From positions 1 through 64,000 of the forward strand of contig JAYZQJ010000081.1 in assembly GCA_036149055.1 (NCBI GenBank): a stretch of DNA of 64,000 nucleotides, written 5' to 3'. The notes under the pieces are model-generated. The model saw nothing but the letters and a program-made list of their open reading frames with translations, was not told where the DNA came from and did not search any database. The DNA is from Myxococcota bacterium. Lineage in GTDB: Bacteria > Myxococcota_A > Polyangia > Polyangiales > Sandaracinaceae. Position 1 is the first letter of the stretch; the number at the start of each line of letters is the position of its first letter. Shown one piece after another: positions 42,101-50,666 of the stretch. Both the position numbers and the translations under genes were made by a program.

Positions 42101-44122
42101 TCATCGACCGCAGCGGTTCTCGATCTCCTGGAAGTAGAAGGGGAGCTCGTCCCGCCACCACTCGCCGTCCCAGGGCCAGAGCTGATCTCCCTGCACGGCG
42201 ACGATGCGCCCGCCGGTGGGCGGCTCCATCGGGGCGGGGTTCGGGCGCTCGAGCTCCATGCGGCGCTGGGTGGCCAGCTCGAGCTCGATGGTGTCCATCT
42301 GGTTCATGCGCTCGCGCAGCTCGGCGACGACGCGAGCGAGGCGCTCGCGCGCCATCTCGCCCGTCCGGTCCACCGCGAGCGAGCGCAGGACGGCGAGGTC
42401 GGCGGCGACGCGGGTGTGGAGGCTCGTCTCGAGCGAGCCGGCGAGGACGCGGCCCAGGCGGCGCTGCTCGCGGTCGAGGGCCCGCACCTCCTCGAGGTGC
42501 CGGAGGAGCGTGCGCTCGTCGAAGGCGGCGCGCACCGCGGCGCGGGCGGGCCCCGGCACCCGGGAGTTGTGCGCGCGCACCGCGACGAGCATGCGGAAGG
42601 CGTCCTCGTTGCGCTGCGCCATGCGCAGGGCGCGCTCGGCGGCGTCGAGCTGCGGGTCGAAGCGGGCGTGGAAGCCCGAGAGGCCGTGCTCGACCGCGTC
42701 CCACTGACAGTGCTCGAACTGGATCATCGAGCGCACCACCAGCGCCTCCGGGTGCGCGCGCTCGCGGAAGTAGGGGGACTGGAGCGCGTGCACGTGGCCG
42801 AGGGCGCGGGCCGGCTGGCCGGCGACGTAGAGCGCCCAGGTCTCCTCGAAGAACGAGTCGAGCCAGTACTCCGACTCGAGCGGGATGTTGCGCCACGCGG
42901 CGATGGCGTGACCGAGCAGCTCGGAGGCGTGGGCGTCGCGCCCCGACGGCTGCTGCATCGCGAGGCTGTAGTAGAGCCGCGCCACGCTCATCCAGGCGAG
43001 GTCGCGCATGCGGGCCGGCTCGTCGTGGCCGCCGGTGCGACCGGACTCGACCGCATCGATCACCCGACCGAAGGCGCGCAGCGCGGGCTGGGCCGAGCGC
43101 ATCCGGACGTGGGCGATGCCCTCGAAGAAGCGCGCCTCGAGGCCATGCGGGCTCGACTCGGGCACGCCCGACAGGAGGGCGACCGCCTCGGCGAAGCGCC
43201 GCTCGCCGTAGCGCGCGCGGCCGAGGAGGTAGCGCAGGTGGTGGTAGTGACGACGCGTCTCACCTCGATCGAGGGCGCTGAGCTGGGCGGCGTCGTAGCG
43301 GCCGACCGAGGCGATCACCCCGCTCGGCTCCGGCAGCCGCTCGGCGAGCATCGCGAGCCAGGTGAGCGACGCGTCGAAGTAGGGGTGCGCCGCGCCGCGC
43401 TGGGTGACCTCGTCGAAGGCGGCCGCGGACGCGTGGTAGAGGCCCATGTGATAGAGGCACTTCGCGAGGAAGAACTCGGCTTGCGACACGCGGTCGGCGC
43501 GATCGCCGCTGCGCCCCTCGACCACGCGCTGGAGCGACACGGCGGCCTCGACGTAGCGCTCGCCGGCGTAGTCGCGCAGCGCCTCGGCCATCGTCTCGCT
43601 CGGCGCGCTCGGGCCGCTCGGGATCACCGGCACCGCGCCGACGTCGAGCTGGAGCGGCAGCCGCGCGACCGGGGCGTCGGCCGGCTTGGCGCGCCGCTCG
43701 ACCGGCGCGGCGACCGGGCGCGCGGTGGCGGCGGGCGCGGGGGTCGCGACCCGCTCGGGCGCGACCGAGGGCGCGGCGATCGAGGGCGCGGCGATCGGCG
43801 GCGCGGGAATCGAACGCGCAGGGCTCGAGGGCGTGGCGATCGACGCGCGCTCCGGGGGCGCCTTGGGCAGCGGGCCTCGCGCGACGGGCATATCCACCCG
43901 AAGCACGGCTCCGTCGAAGGCCAGTACGACGCCCAGCGCCAGCCCGACGCCGAGGGCCAGGACGGCGAGCGCCTTGCCGAGCAGCGCGGCGCCGCCGGCC
44001 GATCCGAGCGAGGCTCCGGCGCGGGTGAGGGTCGCGGCTCGGGCGTCGGCGAGGATCGCGGGATCGGGGGTCGCGCCGCGGAGCAGGTCCACGAACGCGT
44101 CGAGCTCGGCGTCGCGGCTCAT
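42101..44122 (-). CDS. Anti-sigma-like membrane protein with GltC-like TPR domain
   Basis: Short N-terminal cytoplasmic segment, TM helix, Pro/Ala linker, TPR region ending WPWDGEWWRDEL; ATG overlaps the ECF stop. Confidence 0.7.
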   Translation of the reverse strand: MSRDAELDAFVDLLRGATPDPAILADARAATLTRAGASLGSAGGAALLGKALAVLALGVGLALGVVLAFDGAVLRVDMPVARGPLPKAPPERASIATPSSPARSIPAPPIAAPSIAAPSVAPERVATPAPAATARPVAAPVERRAKPADAPVARLPLQLDVGAVPVIPSGPSAPSETMAEALRDYAGERYVEAAVSLQRVVEGRSGDRADRVSQAEFFLAKCLYHMGLYHASAAAFDEVTQRGAAHPYFDASLTWLAMLAERLPEPSGVIASVGRYDAAQLSALDRGETRRHYHHLRYLLGRARYGERRFAEAVALLSGVPESSPHGLEARFFEGIAHVRMRSAQPALRAFGRVIDAVESGRTGGHDEPARMRDLAWMSVARLYYSLAMQQPSGRDAHASELLGHAIAAWRNIPLESEYWLDSFFEETWALYVAGQPARALGHVHALQSPYFRERAHPEALVVRSMIQFEHCQWDAVEHGLSGFHARFDPQLDAAERALRMAQRNEDAFRMLVAVRAHNSRVPGPARAAVRAAFDERTLLRHLEEVRALDREQRRLGRVLAGSLETSLHTRVAADLAVLRSLAVDRTGEMARERLARVVAELRERMNQMDTIELELATQRRMELERPNPAPMEPPTGGRIVAVQGDQLWPWDGEWWRDELPFYFQEIENRCGR

Positions 44123-44694
44123 CGCTCCACCTTCCCCTTCGCCTTCAGGCGCGCGAGCGCGCGGGAGACCTCGCGGCGCGCGGCGTAGAGCCGGGCGTAG
44201 GCCGTCTGCAGCGGGCAGCCCAGCGCCTCGGCGATCTCGCTCATCGGCTGCTGCTCGACCTCGTAGAGCACGAAGATCGCGCGCTTGTCCTCGTCGAGCG
44301 CCTCCAGGATCTCGAAGGCCGCGGCGAGCGCGCGCGCCTTCTCCAGATCGTCGTGCGGGGTGCGGCGCTCGACCTCGAGCTCCGGCGGCTCGGCCACGCT
44401 GTCCTCTCGGCGCCGCGCGGCGTCGCGGCGGAGGCTCATCGCCTTGCGCACGCAGATCGCGTAGAGCCACGCGCGCAGCTTCGACGGCTCCTCGAGCTCG
44501 CCGAGGCGACGGTGCACCACGAGGAACACCTCCTGGAGCGCGTCGCCGAGCTCGCGCTCGCGCACCCCGAGGAGGCGGAGCGTGCGGCCGACGTAGGGCG
44601 CGTGGGCGTCGAAGACCTCGGCGAGCTCGGGGCCCGCCGCGTCTCCGGCGGCCACGGCCTCGAGGCTCTCTTCGAGTGACGCGTCCACGCCCAT
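44119..44694 (-). CDS. ECF-type RNA polymerase sigma factor
   Basis: DALQEVFLVVHRRL (region 2), AWLYAI, RAIFVLYEVE..M.EIAEALGCP (region 4). Confidence 0.92.
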   Translation of the reverse strand: MGVDASLEESLEAVAAGDAAGPELAEVFDAHAPYVGRTLRLLGVRERELGDALQEVFLVVHRRLGELEEPSKLRAWLYAICVRKAMSLRRDAARRREDSVAEPPELEVERRTPHDDLEKARALAAAFEILEALDEDKRAIFVLYEVEQQPMSEIAEALGCPLQTAYARLYAARREVSRALARLKAKGKVER

Positions 44695-44790
44695 TCGTTC
44701 CCGGCGGGCCCCGATCTTTTGAAAGTTTTTTTCGGAGGCGTGGGGGAGATCCCGGCAACGCGCGCTCCGGGACCCCGTCATCGTGCCCCC

Positions 44791-45429
44791 GTGAGCGAGC
44801 CCGCGATCATCGGCGTCCTGCGCGAGTGCCTCGAGGCCGAGCTCCCCGGCCAGGCCTCGGGCGCGCTCTTTCGGGCCCTCTCGCGCTGGGGCTACGCCCC
44901 GCAGCGCTTCGTCGAGCTCGTCGACGTGATCCACGGCCCGCTGCGCGAGGAGTTGGCGGCCATCGTCGGCGACGCGCGGAGCCGCGCCCTCGTGAAGCGG
45001 CTCGAGGAGCGCCTCCGGATGTCGGAGATGCCCACCGGCGACGTCGGCCCCGCGCCGCGCGCCCGCTTCGAGGACGCGCCCACCCGGACCCTTCGCCGCG
45101 AGCGCGGGCCGCTCCCGGTGCAGGTGGTGGCGCAGACCAAGACGATGGCGATCCTCATCTCGACCGCGCTCGGCCCCGACCGGGTGAAGCCGTCACGCGA
45201 GCCGCGGGTGCTGCTCTTCGATCTCTCGGATCCGCCGCAGGCCTGGGATCCGACGCTGCAGCACGTGGCGTCCCGGGCCGACGTGACCCTGCTCTACGGG
45301 GCCGAGGTCGAGGGCGCCCGGGACCTCGAGGAGTGGCTGGTCGAGGGCGGCGCCGAGGTCCGCACGCTCACCTCCGACCACGGGATGGCGCCGATCCTCG
45401 ACGTGCTGCGCGCGCGTCAGAACCCGTAG
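44791..45429 (+). CDS. Hypothetical protein
   Basis: Coding-like ORF divergent from the ECF gene; GTG start at 44791. Confidence 0.6.
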   Translation: MSEPAIIGVLRECLEAELPGQASGALFRALSRWGYAPQRFVELVDVIHGPLREELAAIVGDARSRALVKRLEERLRMSEMPTGDVGPAPRARFEDAPTRTLRRERGPLPVQVVAQTKTMAILISTALGPDRVKPSREPRVLLFDLSDPPQAWDPTLQHVASRADVTLLYGAEVEGARDLEEWLVEGGAEVRTLTSDHGMAPILDVLRARQNP

Positions 45430-46010
45430 CCGGCCGCCGACGGGTGGTCGGGGGGCGCGACCCAGATCATCGCCGGGCAGAACTCGGTGCACTCGAGGCC
45501 GGTGTGATCGTGGAGCAGCACGACGTGGGAGTCGTCGCGCCACAGCCGATCGGGCCGTTCGCCGGGCGCGTTCACCGCCTCCAGATCGCTCTCGTCGATC
45601 ACCGCCTCGACCGCGCGCACCCAGTCCGCCATCAGCGCCGGCTCGGTCGGGCCCCAGATCTGGATCGTCTGATCGTCGCCGACGTGCAGCTGGGTGGCCT
45701 GCCCGGCGAGCGGGAGCTCCACGAAGCAGCCGGTCCCGGGCTGCGGGCAGGCCACCTCCGCCCCGAGGCGGCGGCCGAGCACCGTCGTCCGGGTGTCGGT
45801 GGGGGTCGCGCGGAGATCGTAGGCGAGCACCGCGCGCAGCCAGCGCGCCTCGCGAGGCGGCTCGGGCGTGCGGGGCGCGGGCCGCGCGGGCGCCTCGTCC
45901 CGCTCGCTCGGCGCGTCGTCCCCGCCGCCCGAGGGCGCCTCCCCACCGCAGGCCAGGAGGAGCAAGCACGCGGCGATCGAGGCGGCGGTCGCATGAGGGA
46001 GCTTCGTCAC
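45417..46010 (-). CDS. Hypothetical lipoprotein
   Basis: Lipobox LLLAC; start GTG 46010 inferred. Confidence 0.6.
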   Translation of the reverse strand: MTKLPHATAASIAACLLLLACGGEAPSGGGDDAPSERDEAPARPAPRTPEPPREARWLRAVLAYDLRATPTDTRTTVLGRRLGAEVACPQPGTGCFVELPLAGQATQLHVGDDQTIQIWGPTEPALMADWVRAVEAVIDESDLEAVNAPGERPDRLWRDDSHVVLLHDHTGLECTEFCPAMIWVAPPDHPSAAGYGF

Positions 46011-46074
46011 CCCCCAACGTTGCCGCGCGCTCGCCCGCGACGCACGCGCCCCGGGCGAGTAGGCTGCGTCGACC

Positions 46075-47205
46075 ATGCGACCGCTCTTCGCGCTCACCCT
46101 CGCCTGCCTGCTGGGCTGCGCCGCGCCGTCCACTCCACCGTCGGCCGCGCAGCGCGCGAAGGCGTCGGTGCTCCTGGGCTTCGCCGACCAGGTCCAGGCC
46201 GCGTCCCGGGATCCGGGCGCGTTCGCCGCGCTCTTCGACCGGCGCGCGCTGGCCGAGCGCATGGCGCCGCCGGGCATGACCGCCGCGGAGCGGAGCGCCT
46301 TCGTGCGCGGGGCCGAGGAGGGGCTCGGCGACAGCCTCGGCGGCTTGCTCCAGGAGATCGCGGCCACGGACTACGCCTTCCGCGGCGTGGTGTGGCGGGA
46401 CGGGCTGCCGACGGCGCGGTTCCGCATGGTGGCGCCGGAGGGCGGCTTCAACTTCCACGACATGGCCGTGGTCGTCGACGAGACCGGCGCGGCCCGCATC
46501 GTCGATCTCTACGTCATGACCTCGGGCGAGTACCTCTCGGAGACGATGCAGCGGCTGGCCACGGTGGCCTGGGGCCAGGGCGGCGCGCTCGGACGGCTGC
46601 TCGGTCGCGAGGGGCTCTCGCAGGCGCAGCTCGAGCGGGTCCAGGCGCTGGTGACGGCGTCGAGCGAGGGGCGCGCCGAGGACGCGCTCGCCGTCTACGA
46701 GCAGCTCGATCCGCGGCTGAAGGACCAGTCGTTCGTGCAGCTCATCCGGGTGCAGGCCGGAGCCCAGCTCGCGGACGACGGCCGCTACCTCGCCATCCTC
46801 GATGACGCCTCCCGGCGGCTGGGCGACGACCCGGCGGTCGAGGTCATGATGCTCGACGCCTACACCCTGCGGCAGGACTGGGGGCGCTGCGCGACCGCGC
46901 TCGAGTCCATCCGCCGCGAGTTCGACGACCCCTTCCTCGACGCGATGCTCGCCCGCACGCTCGCCCAGGACGGCCGGGCCGCCGAGGGCCTGGCGCTGGC
47001 GCGCGAGGCGGTCGCCGAGGAGCCCGGGCTGCTCGACACCCACGACGCGCTGCTCTTCACCGCGCTGGTCGCGGGCGACGAGGAGACGGCGGCGCGCGCG
47101 ATGGACCGGCTCGAGTCGGAGTTCGAGGTGGATCGCTTCGCGCTCGCGGCGCAGCCCGGTTACGAGGGCGTGCTCACGCTACCCGTCGGCGCGGCGGACG
47201 AATAG
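46075..47205 (+). CDS. Lipoprotein with C-terminal TPR-like helices
   Basis: Lipobox LLGC; helical repeats in the C-terminal half. Confidence 0.7.
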   Translation: MRPLFALTLACLLGCAAPSTPPSAAQRAKASVLLGFADQVQAASRDPGAFAALFDRRALAERMAPPGMTAAERSAFVRGAEEGLGDSLGGLLQEIAATDYAFRGVVWRDGLPTARFRMVAPEGGFNFHDMAVVVDETGAARIVDLYVMTSGEYLSETMQRLATVAWGQGGALGRLLGREGLSQAQLERVQALVTASSEGRAEDALAVYEQLDPRLKDQSFVQLIRVQAGAQLADDGRYLAILDDASRRLGDDPAVEVMMLDAYTLRQDWGRCATALESIRREFDDPFLDAMLARTLAQDGRAAEGLALAREAVAEEPGLLDTHDALLFTALVAGDEETAARAMDRLESEFEVDRFALAAQPGYEGVLTLPVGAADE

Positions 47206-48249
47206 GCCGAGCCAGAAGGCGCGGAGAGCGTCGAGGATGCGCTGCCCGGTGGGCTCGGCGAGCTCGGCGAGGGGCGCGCAGACCTCGACGAGGAGCGCGT
47301 CGTCGAGGACGGCGGCCACGACGAGCTCCACGTCGCCGCGGGGCAAGCGCTCCCTCGCGACGCCGCGGATCCGGAGGCGCCGTCCGTCGCTGAGCGCGAT
47401 CGACGCCGGCTTGCCGGAGAGCACCCGGCCGATCTCCGGGGTGGGGGCGAGATCGTCGGCGAGGGTGGCGGCGAGGAGCGCGTCGGCGTCGTCGGGCGGC
47501 TCGATCGGGCGGAACGCGGCCCAGGCCACGCCGCGGTTGTGGCGCACGAGGCGGGCGACGTCGGGGCTGCCGGGCACCTGCGCGCGGGTGACGCCGGCGA
47601 CGTCGAGCCCGGCGGTGGAGGCGGAGAACCCGATGGGCGGGAAGCCGCGGAGCCAGCTCTCGTGGGGGTGCAGCTCGAGCGCCTCGACGCGGGCGAGCTC
47701 CGGCACGGCGACGTCGGAGATCAGCGCGCCGGGCGTCAGGAGCGGGAGCCCGTCGGCGGCCACGACCCGCGCGCCGCGCGGCACGTTGCGGAGGGCCAGG
47801 AGCGCGCCTCCGGAGGCGCCCTCGTAGACGTCGACCACCGCCGGCGCCGCCTCGAGGGTGCACGCGTCGTCGCCGTCGAGGATCACGCCCGCGCCCTTGG
47901 GGGAGAGCACCGCCCGATCCTTCGCGTGCTCCCAGCGGCCGAAGTAGGCGTGGTCGCCGCCGCCCGGGATGCGCACGAGCCGACGCTCGATCGGCGCTCG
48001 CTCCGGCCGCTCGAGGCGGAGCCGGAGCTTGCCCTCGTCGTCGACGCGGGCCCTCAGGCGAGGGCCGTCGCCGTACCACACGGCCTCGTGGGTCCGGGTG
48101 ATCGCGAGCTCCCGCCGCGATCCGTCCGCCTCGATCACGCGGAGCCAGGCGGGGCTCAGGGCGATCAGCGGAGGCGTGAACGGCGCCGTCGCCCCCTCCG
48201 CGGTGAGCTGGAGGAGGCGAATGCGCTCGCGTCGGACCGTTCCCCGCAC
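47179..48249 (-). CDS. Hypothetical protein
   Basis: Coding-like C-terminal part of ORF 47179..48699; start inferred. Confidence 0.5.
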   Translation of the reverse strand: MRGTVRRERIRLLQLTAEGATAPFTPPLIALSPAWLRVIEADGSRRELAITRTHEAVWYGDGPRLRARVDDEGKLRLRLERPERAPIERRLVRIPGGGDHAYFGRWEHAKDRAVLSPKGAGVILDGDDACTLEAAPAVVDVYEGASGGALLALRNVPRGARVVAADGLPLLTPGALISDVAVPELARVEALELHPHESWLRGFPPIGFSASTAGLDVAGVTRAQVPGSPDVARLVRHNRGVAWAAFRPIEPPDDADALLAATLADDLAPTPEIGRVLSGKPASIALSDGRRLRIRGVARERLPRGDVELVVAAVLDDALLVEVCAPLAELAEPTGQRILDALRAFWLGLFVRRADG

Positions 48250-48293
48250 CCGGGAGGGATATCGCGCCCCGGGAGAGGGCGACAAGGACCGCC

Positions 48294-48866
48294 TCACGCG
48301 GTGGCGTCGAACACGTTCACTTCGAGGGGCGGCCAGGCGAGCCGGGCCATGAAGAGCGCGTGGGCGAGGCCGGCGGCGCAGGGCACGGTGGCGAGGCCGG
48401 CGAGCATGACGCCCTCTTCGTCGCCGAGGAGCGCGAAGGCGAGCACGACCAGCACGTGGTGCACGGCGGACCAGACGGCGACCGGGCGGTGGCGCGAGAC
48501 GCGGCTCGGATCCCGCAGCGCGCGGATGCCCACCCAGACGAGCGCGCCCGAGAGCAGGACGCCCGAGGCGCAGACCGCGAGGAGCGAGTAGCCCGCGGCC
48601 GGGTCGCCCTCCATCACCATCAGCGCCAGCGCGCTGCCGCCCGGCGCGAAGCCGAAGACGGTGCAGAGCGCCCAGAACACCCCGAAGCCGGCGCTCCACC
48701 GCAGCGCCTCACCGGGGCGCTCCGGCAGCGGCGCGGTCGAGCGCGAGGCCCGGTAGGCGCCCTCCCCGGCCTCGACGGTGGCGGCCCGACCGCGGCGCGC
48801 GGCGAGGTGGGTGGCGGCGAGCGCGATCCCCGCGAAGGTGACGACCCCGATGAGCAGTGCCAGCAT
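48294..48866 (-). CDS. Hypothetical membrane protein
   Basis: GGAGAGGAGG RBS; N-terminal TM helix, GAYR motif, further TM helices. Confidence 0.7.
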   Translation of the reverse strand: MLALLIGVVTFAGIALAATHLAARRGRAATVEAGEGAYRASRSTAPLPERPGEALRWSAGFGVFWALCTVFGFAPGGSALALMVMEGDPAAGYSLLAVCASGVLLSGALVWVGIRALRDPSRVSRHRPVAVWSAVHHVLVVLAFALLGDEEGVMLAGLATVPCAAGLAHALFMARLAWPPLEVNVFDATA

Positions 48867-48882
48867 CTCTCAGCCTCCTCTC

Positions 48883-48896
48883 CTGAACACGTTCAG
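48883..48896. promoter_or_regulatory. Palindromic operator candidate CTGAAC-AC-GTTCAG
   Basis: Perfect 6-bp arms in a divergent intergenic region, next to the RBS of the gene starting at 48866. Confidence 0.5.
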
Positions 48897-48996
48897 AACA
48901 TGGCCATCGGGCGCACCGCGTCAAGAGGTCGGCCCCGAGGTCGGGGCGTGGCACGGCGCGGCACAGCGGATCGGCCACTTCGGGCGACGCGATGCG

Positions 48997-49012
48997 TGGC
49001 ACGCCGGATGCT
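48997..49012 (+). promoter_or_regulatory. Sigma54 -24/-12 promoter
   Basis: TGGCACGCCGGATGCT (GG-N10-GC); the -12 C lies 14 nt before ATG 49025. Confidence 0.7.
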
Positions 49013-49024
49013 CTCCGCCGGGGC

Positions 49025-49432
49025 ATGCAGGACGAACGCGTCTCCGCTCGCACCCGGGCGCTGCGCGCCGCGCGGGCCATGAGCATCGCCGCGGCGCTCG
49101 CGCTCGGCCCCGGCTGCTCGATGAGCCACGACTCGCTCGACTCGGGCGTCGACGCGGCCCCGCCGGTAACGGACGGCGGGATCGTCGACAGTGGGCCGGT
49201 CGACAGCGGGCCGGTCGACAGCGGCCCGGTCGACAGCGGCGTCGACAGCGGGCTCGCCGACTCGGGGATCGACGCGGGGACCTGCGAAGACATCGAGTGG
49301 ACCGGCAGCTGCTGCGAGCCGATGCCCCGCGAATGCTGCGAGACGACCTTCGTCGGCGAGTGGATCGAGGAGTCGGGCTGCTGCGCCACCTGCATCGAGG
49401 GCCCGCTGACCCCGCCGTCGGCGCCGGTCTGA
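49025..49432 (+). CDS. Cys-rich lipopeptide 1 (candidate precursor)
   Basis: RALRAAR leader, lipobox-like GC, VDSGP repeats, C-x8-CC-x6-CC-x13-CC-x2-C core, GPLTPPSAPV tail. Confidence 0.85.
   Translation: MQDERVSARTRALRAARAMSIAAALALGPGCSMSHDSLDSGVDAAPPVTDGGIVDSGPVDSGPVDSGPVDSGVDSGLADSGIDAGTCEDIEWTGSCCEPMPRECCETTFVGEWIEESGCCATCIEGPLTPPSAPV
49184..49252 (+). repeat. Tandem 12-15 bp repeats GTCGACAGYGG(SCCG) encoding VDSG(P)
   Basis: Five units visible in the sequence. Confidence 0.8.
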
Positions 49433-49443
49433 GAAGGAGAGCC

Positions 49444-49803
49444 ATGGAGACGGAACGAGAGAGCGCCCGGTCGCGGGCCCTGCGCGCGGCCCGGGTGATG
49501 AGCGTCGCGGCCTCGCTCGCGCTCGGCGCGGTGGGCTGCTCGATGAGCCACGCGACGGTCGACTCGGGGGTCGACGCGGGACCGAGCGGCGACGGCGCCG
49601 TGGCCGACTCGGGGGTCGACTCCGGGATCGACTCGGGGGTCGACGCAGGAGCCTGCGAAGACATCGAGTGGACCGGCAGCTGCTGCGAGCCGATGCCCCG
49701 CGAGTGTTGCGAGACCGCCTTCGGAGGCGGCTGGGACGAGTCGGCCGAGTGCTGCTTCACCTGCGCCGAGGGCCCCCTGACCCCGCCGTCGGCCCCGGTC
49801 TGA
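49444..49803 (+). CDS. Cys-rich lipopeptide 2 (tandem paralog)
   Basis: AAGGAG RBS; same leader, Cys skeleton and tail as paralog 1; 52 nt identical block (49281-49332 vs 49652-49703). Confidence 0.87.
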   Translation: METERESARSRALRAARVMSVAASLALGAVGCSMSHATVDSGVDAGPSGDGAVADSGVDSGIDSGVDAGACEDIEWTGSCCEPMPRECCETAFGGGWDESAECCFTCAEGPLTPPSAPV

Positions 49804-49805
49804 GC

Positions 49806-50666
49806 GTGAGAGGAACCCTCCGGGTCGACGCGGGCGAGGGCCCGCTCCGGGCGCAGCACGACCGGCTGATGCGCACCGCGCTGCGGCGGGGCGACGGGGA
49901 TCCCGAGGCCGCCCTCGAGGGCGCGGCGCTCGAGGGCGACTACCGGCCCGAGACGCTGGCCTACGCGCGGGGCGCCTGGCTCGAGCGCATGCGGCGCGAG
50001 CACCACTCGGCGGCGGTCTTCTCGCAGATGCTGCCGCAGCTGATGGACGCCGGGGCCACGCTCGACACCAAGACCGCGGTGCTGCGCATGGCGATGGAGG
50101 AGCTGCGCCACGCGGGGCTCTGCGGCGGCGTGGTGAGGCTGCTCGGCGCCGAGCCGAGCCTCGAGACCGAGCTGATGCCCGCGCCGCTGCCGCTCCACGA
50201 GAAGGCCACGCCGCGGGAGCGAGCGCTCCGGAACGTGCTCTTCGTCGGGGTGAACGAGACGATCGCGGTGGCCCTCCTGACCGAGGAGCGCGAGCTGACC
50301 CGCGAGCCCGCGATCGCGGCGGTGCTCGAGCAGCTGGTGGCCGACGAGGTGGGCCACGCGAAGCTCGGCTGGACGTACCTCGCCGAGACCTGGCCGACCC
50401 TCGACGCGGCGCAGCGGGCGCGCACCGACGCCTACCTCCCCTACGCCTTCGCCTACCTCGAGGAGTCGCTGATGGGGCCGATCGCGCGGCTCCGCTACGA
50501 CGACGCGCGGCGGGACGAGCTGAACGCGCTGGGCCTCCCCGCCCCTCAGGACCTGCGGGAGCTCTTCTACGCGGCGATGCAGCAGGCGGTGCTCGCGCCG
50601 CTGGACGCCCAGGGGCTGGCCGCCTCGGAGGGCTGGGCCGCGCGCGCGGCTACCCGAGCCAGGTGA
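49806..50666 (+). CDS. Ferritin-like di-iron domain protein
   Basis: Ligand pattern E (REHHS)...EELRH...NE (NETIA)...DEVGH; GTG starts 2 nt after the paralog 2 stop. Confidence 0.82.
   Translation: MRGTLRVDAGEGPLRAQHDRLMRTALRRGDGDPEAALEGAALEGDYRPETLAYARGAWLERMRREHHSAAVFSQMLPQLMDAGATLDTKTAVLRMAMEELRHAGLCGGVVRLLGAEPSLETELMPAPLPLHEKATPRERALRNVLFVGVNETIAVALLTEERELTREPAIAAVLEQLVADEVGHAKLGWTYLAETWPTLDAAQRARTDAYLPYAFAYLEESLMGPIARLRYDDARRDELNALGLPAPQDLRELFYAAMQQAVLAPLDAQGLAASEGWAARAATRAR

Noticed and set aside
44715..44735. AT-rich tract upstream of the ECF gene
   Set aside because: Probably a promoter element, but I cannot assign -35/-10 boxes from the sequence.
49184..49252. Short regularly spaced repeats as a possible CRISPR array
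   Set aside because: Units are 12-15 bp, have no unique spacers, are in frame (VDSGP) and no cas genes are present.
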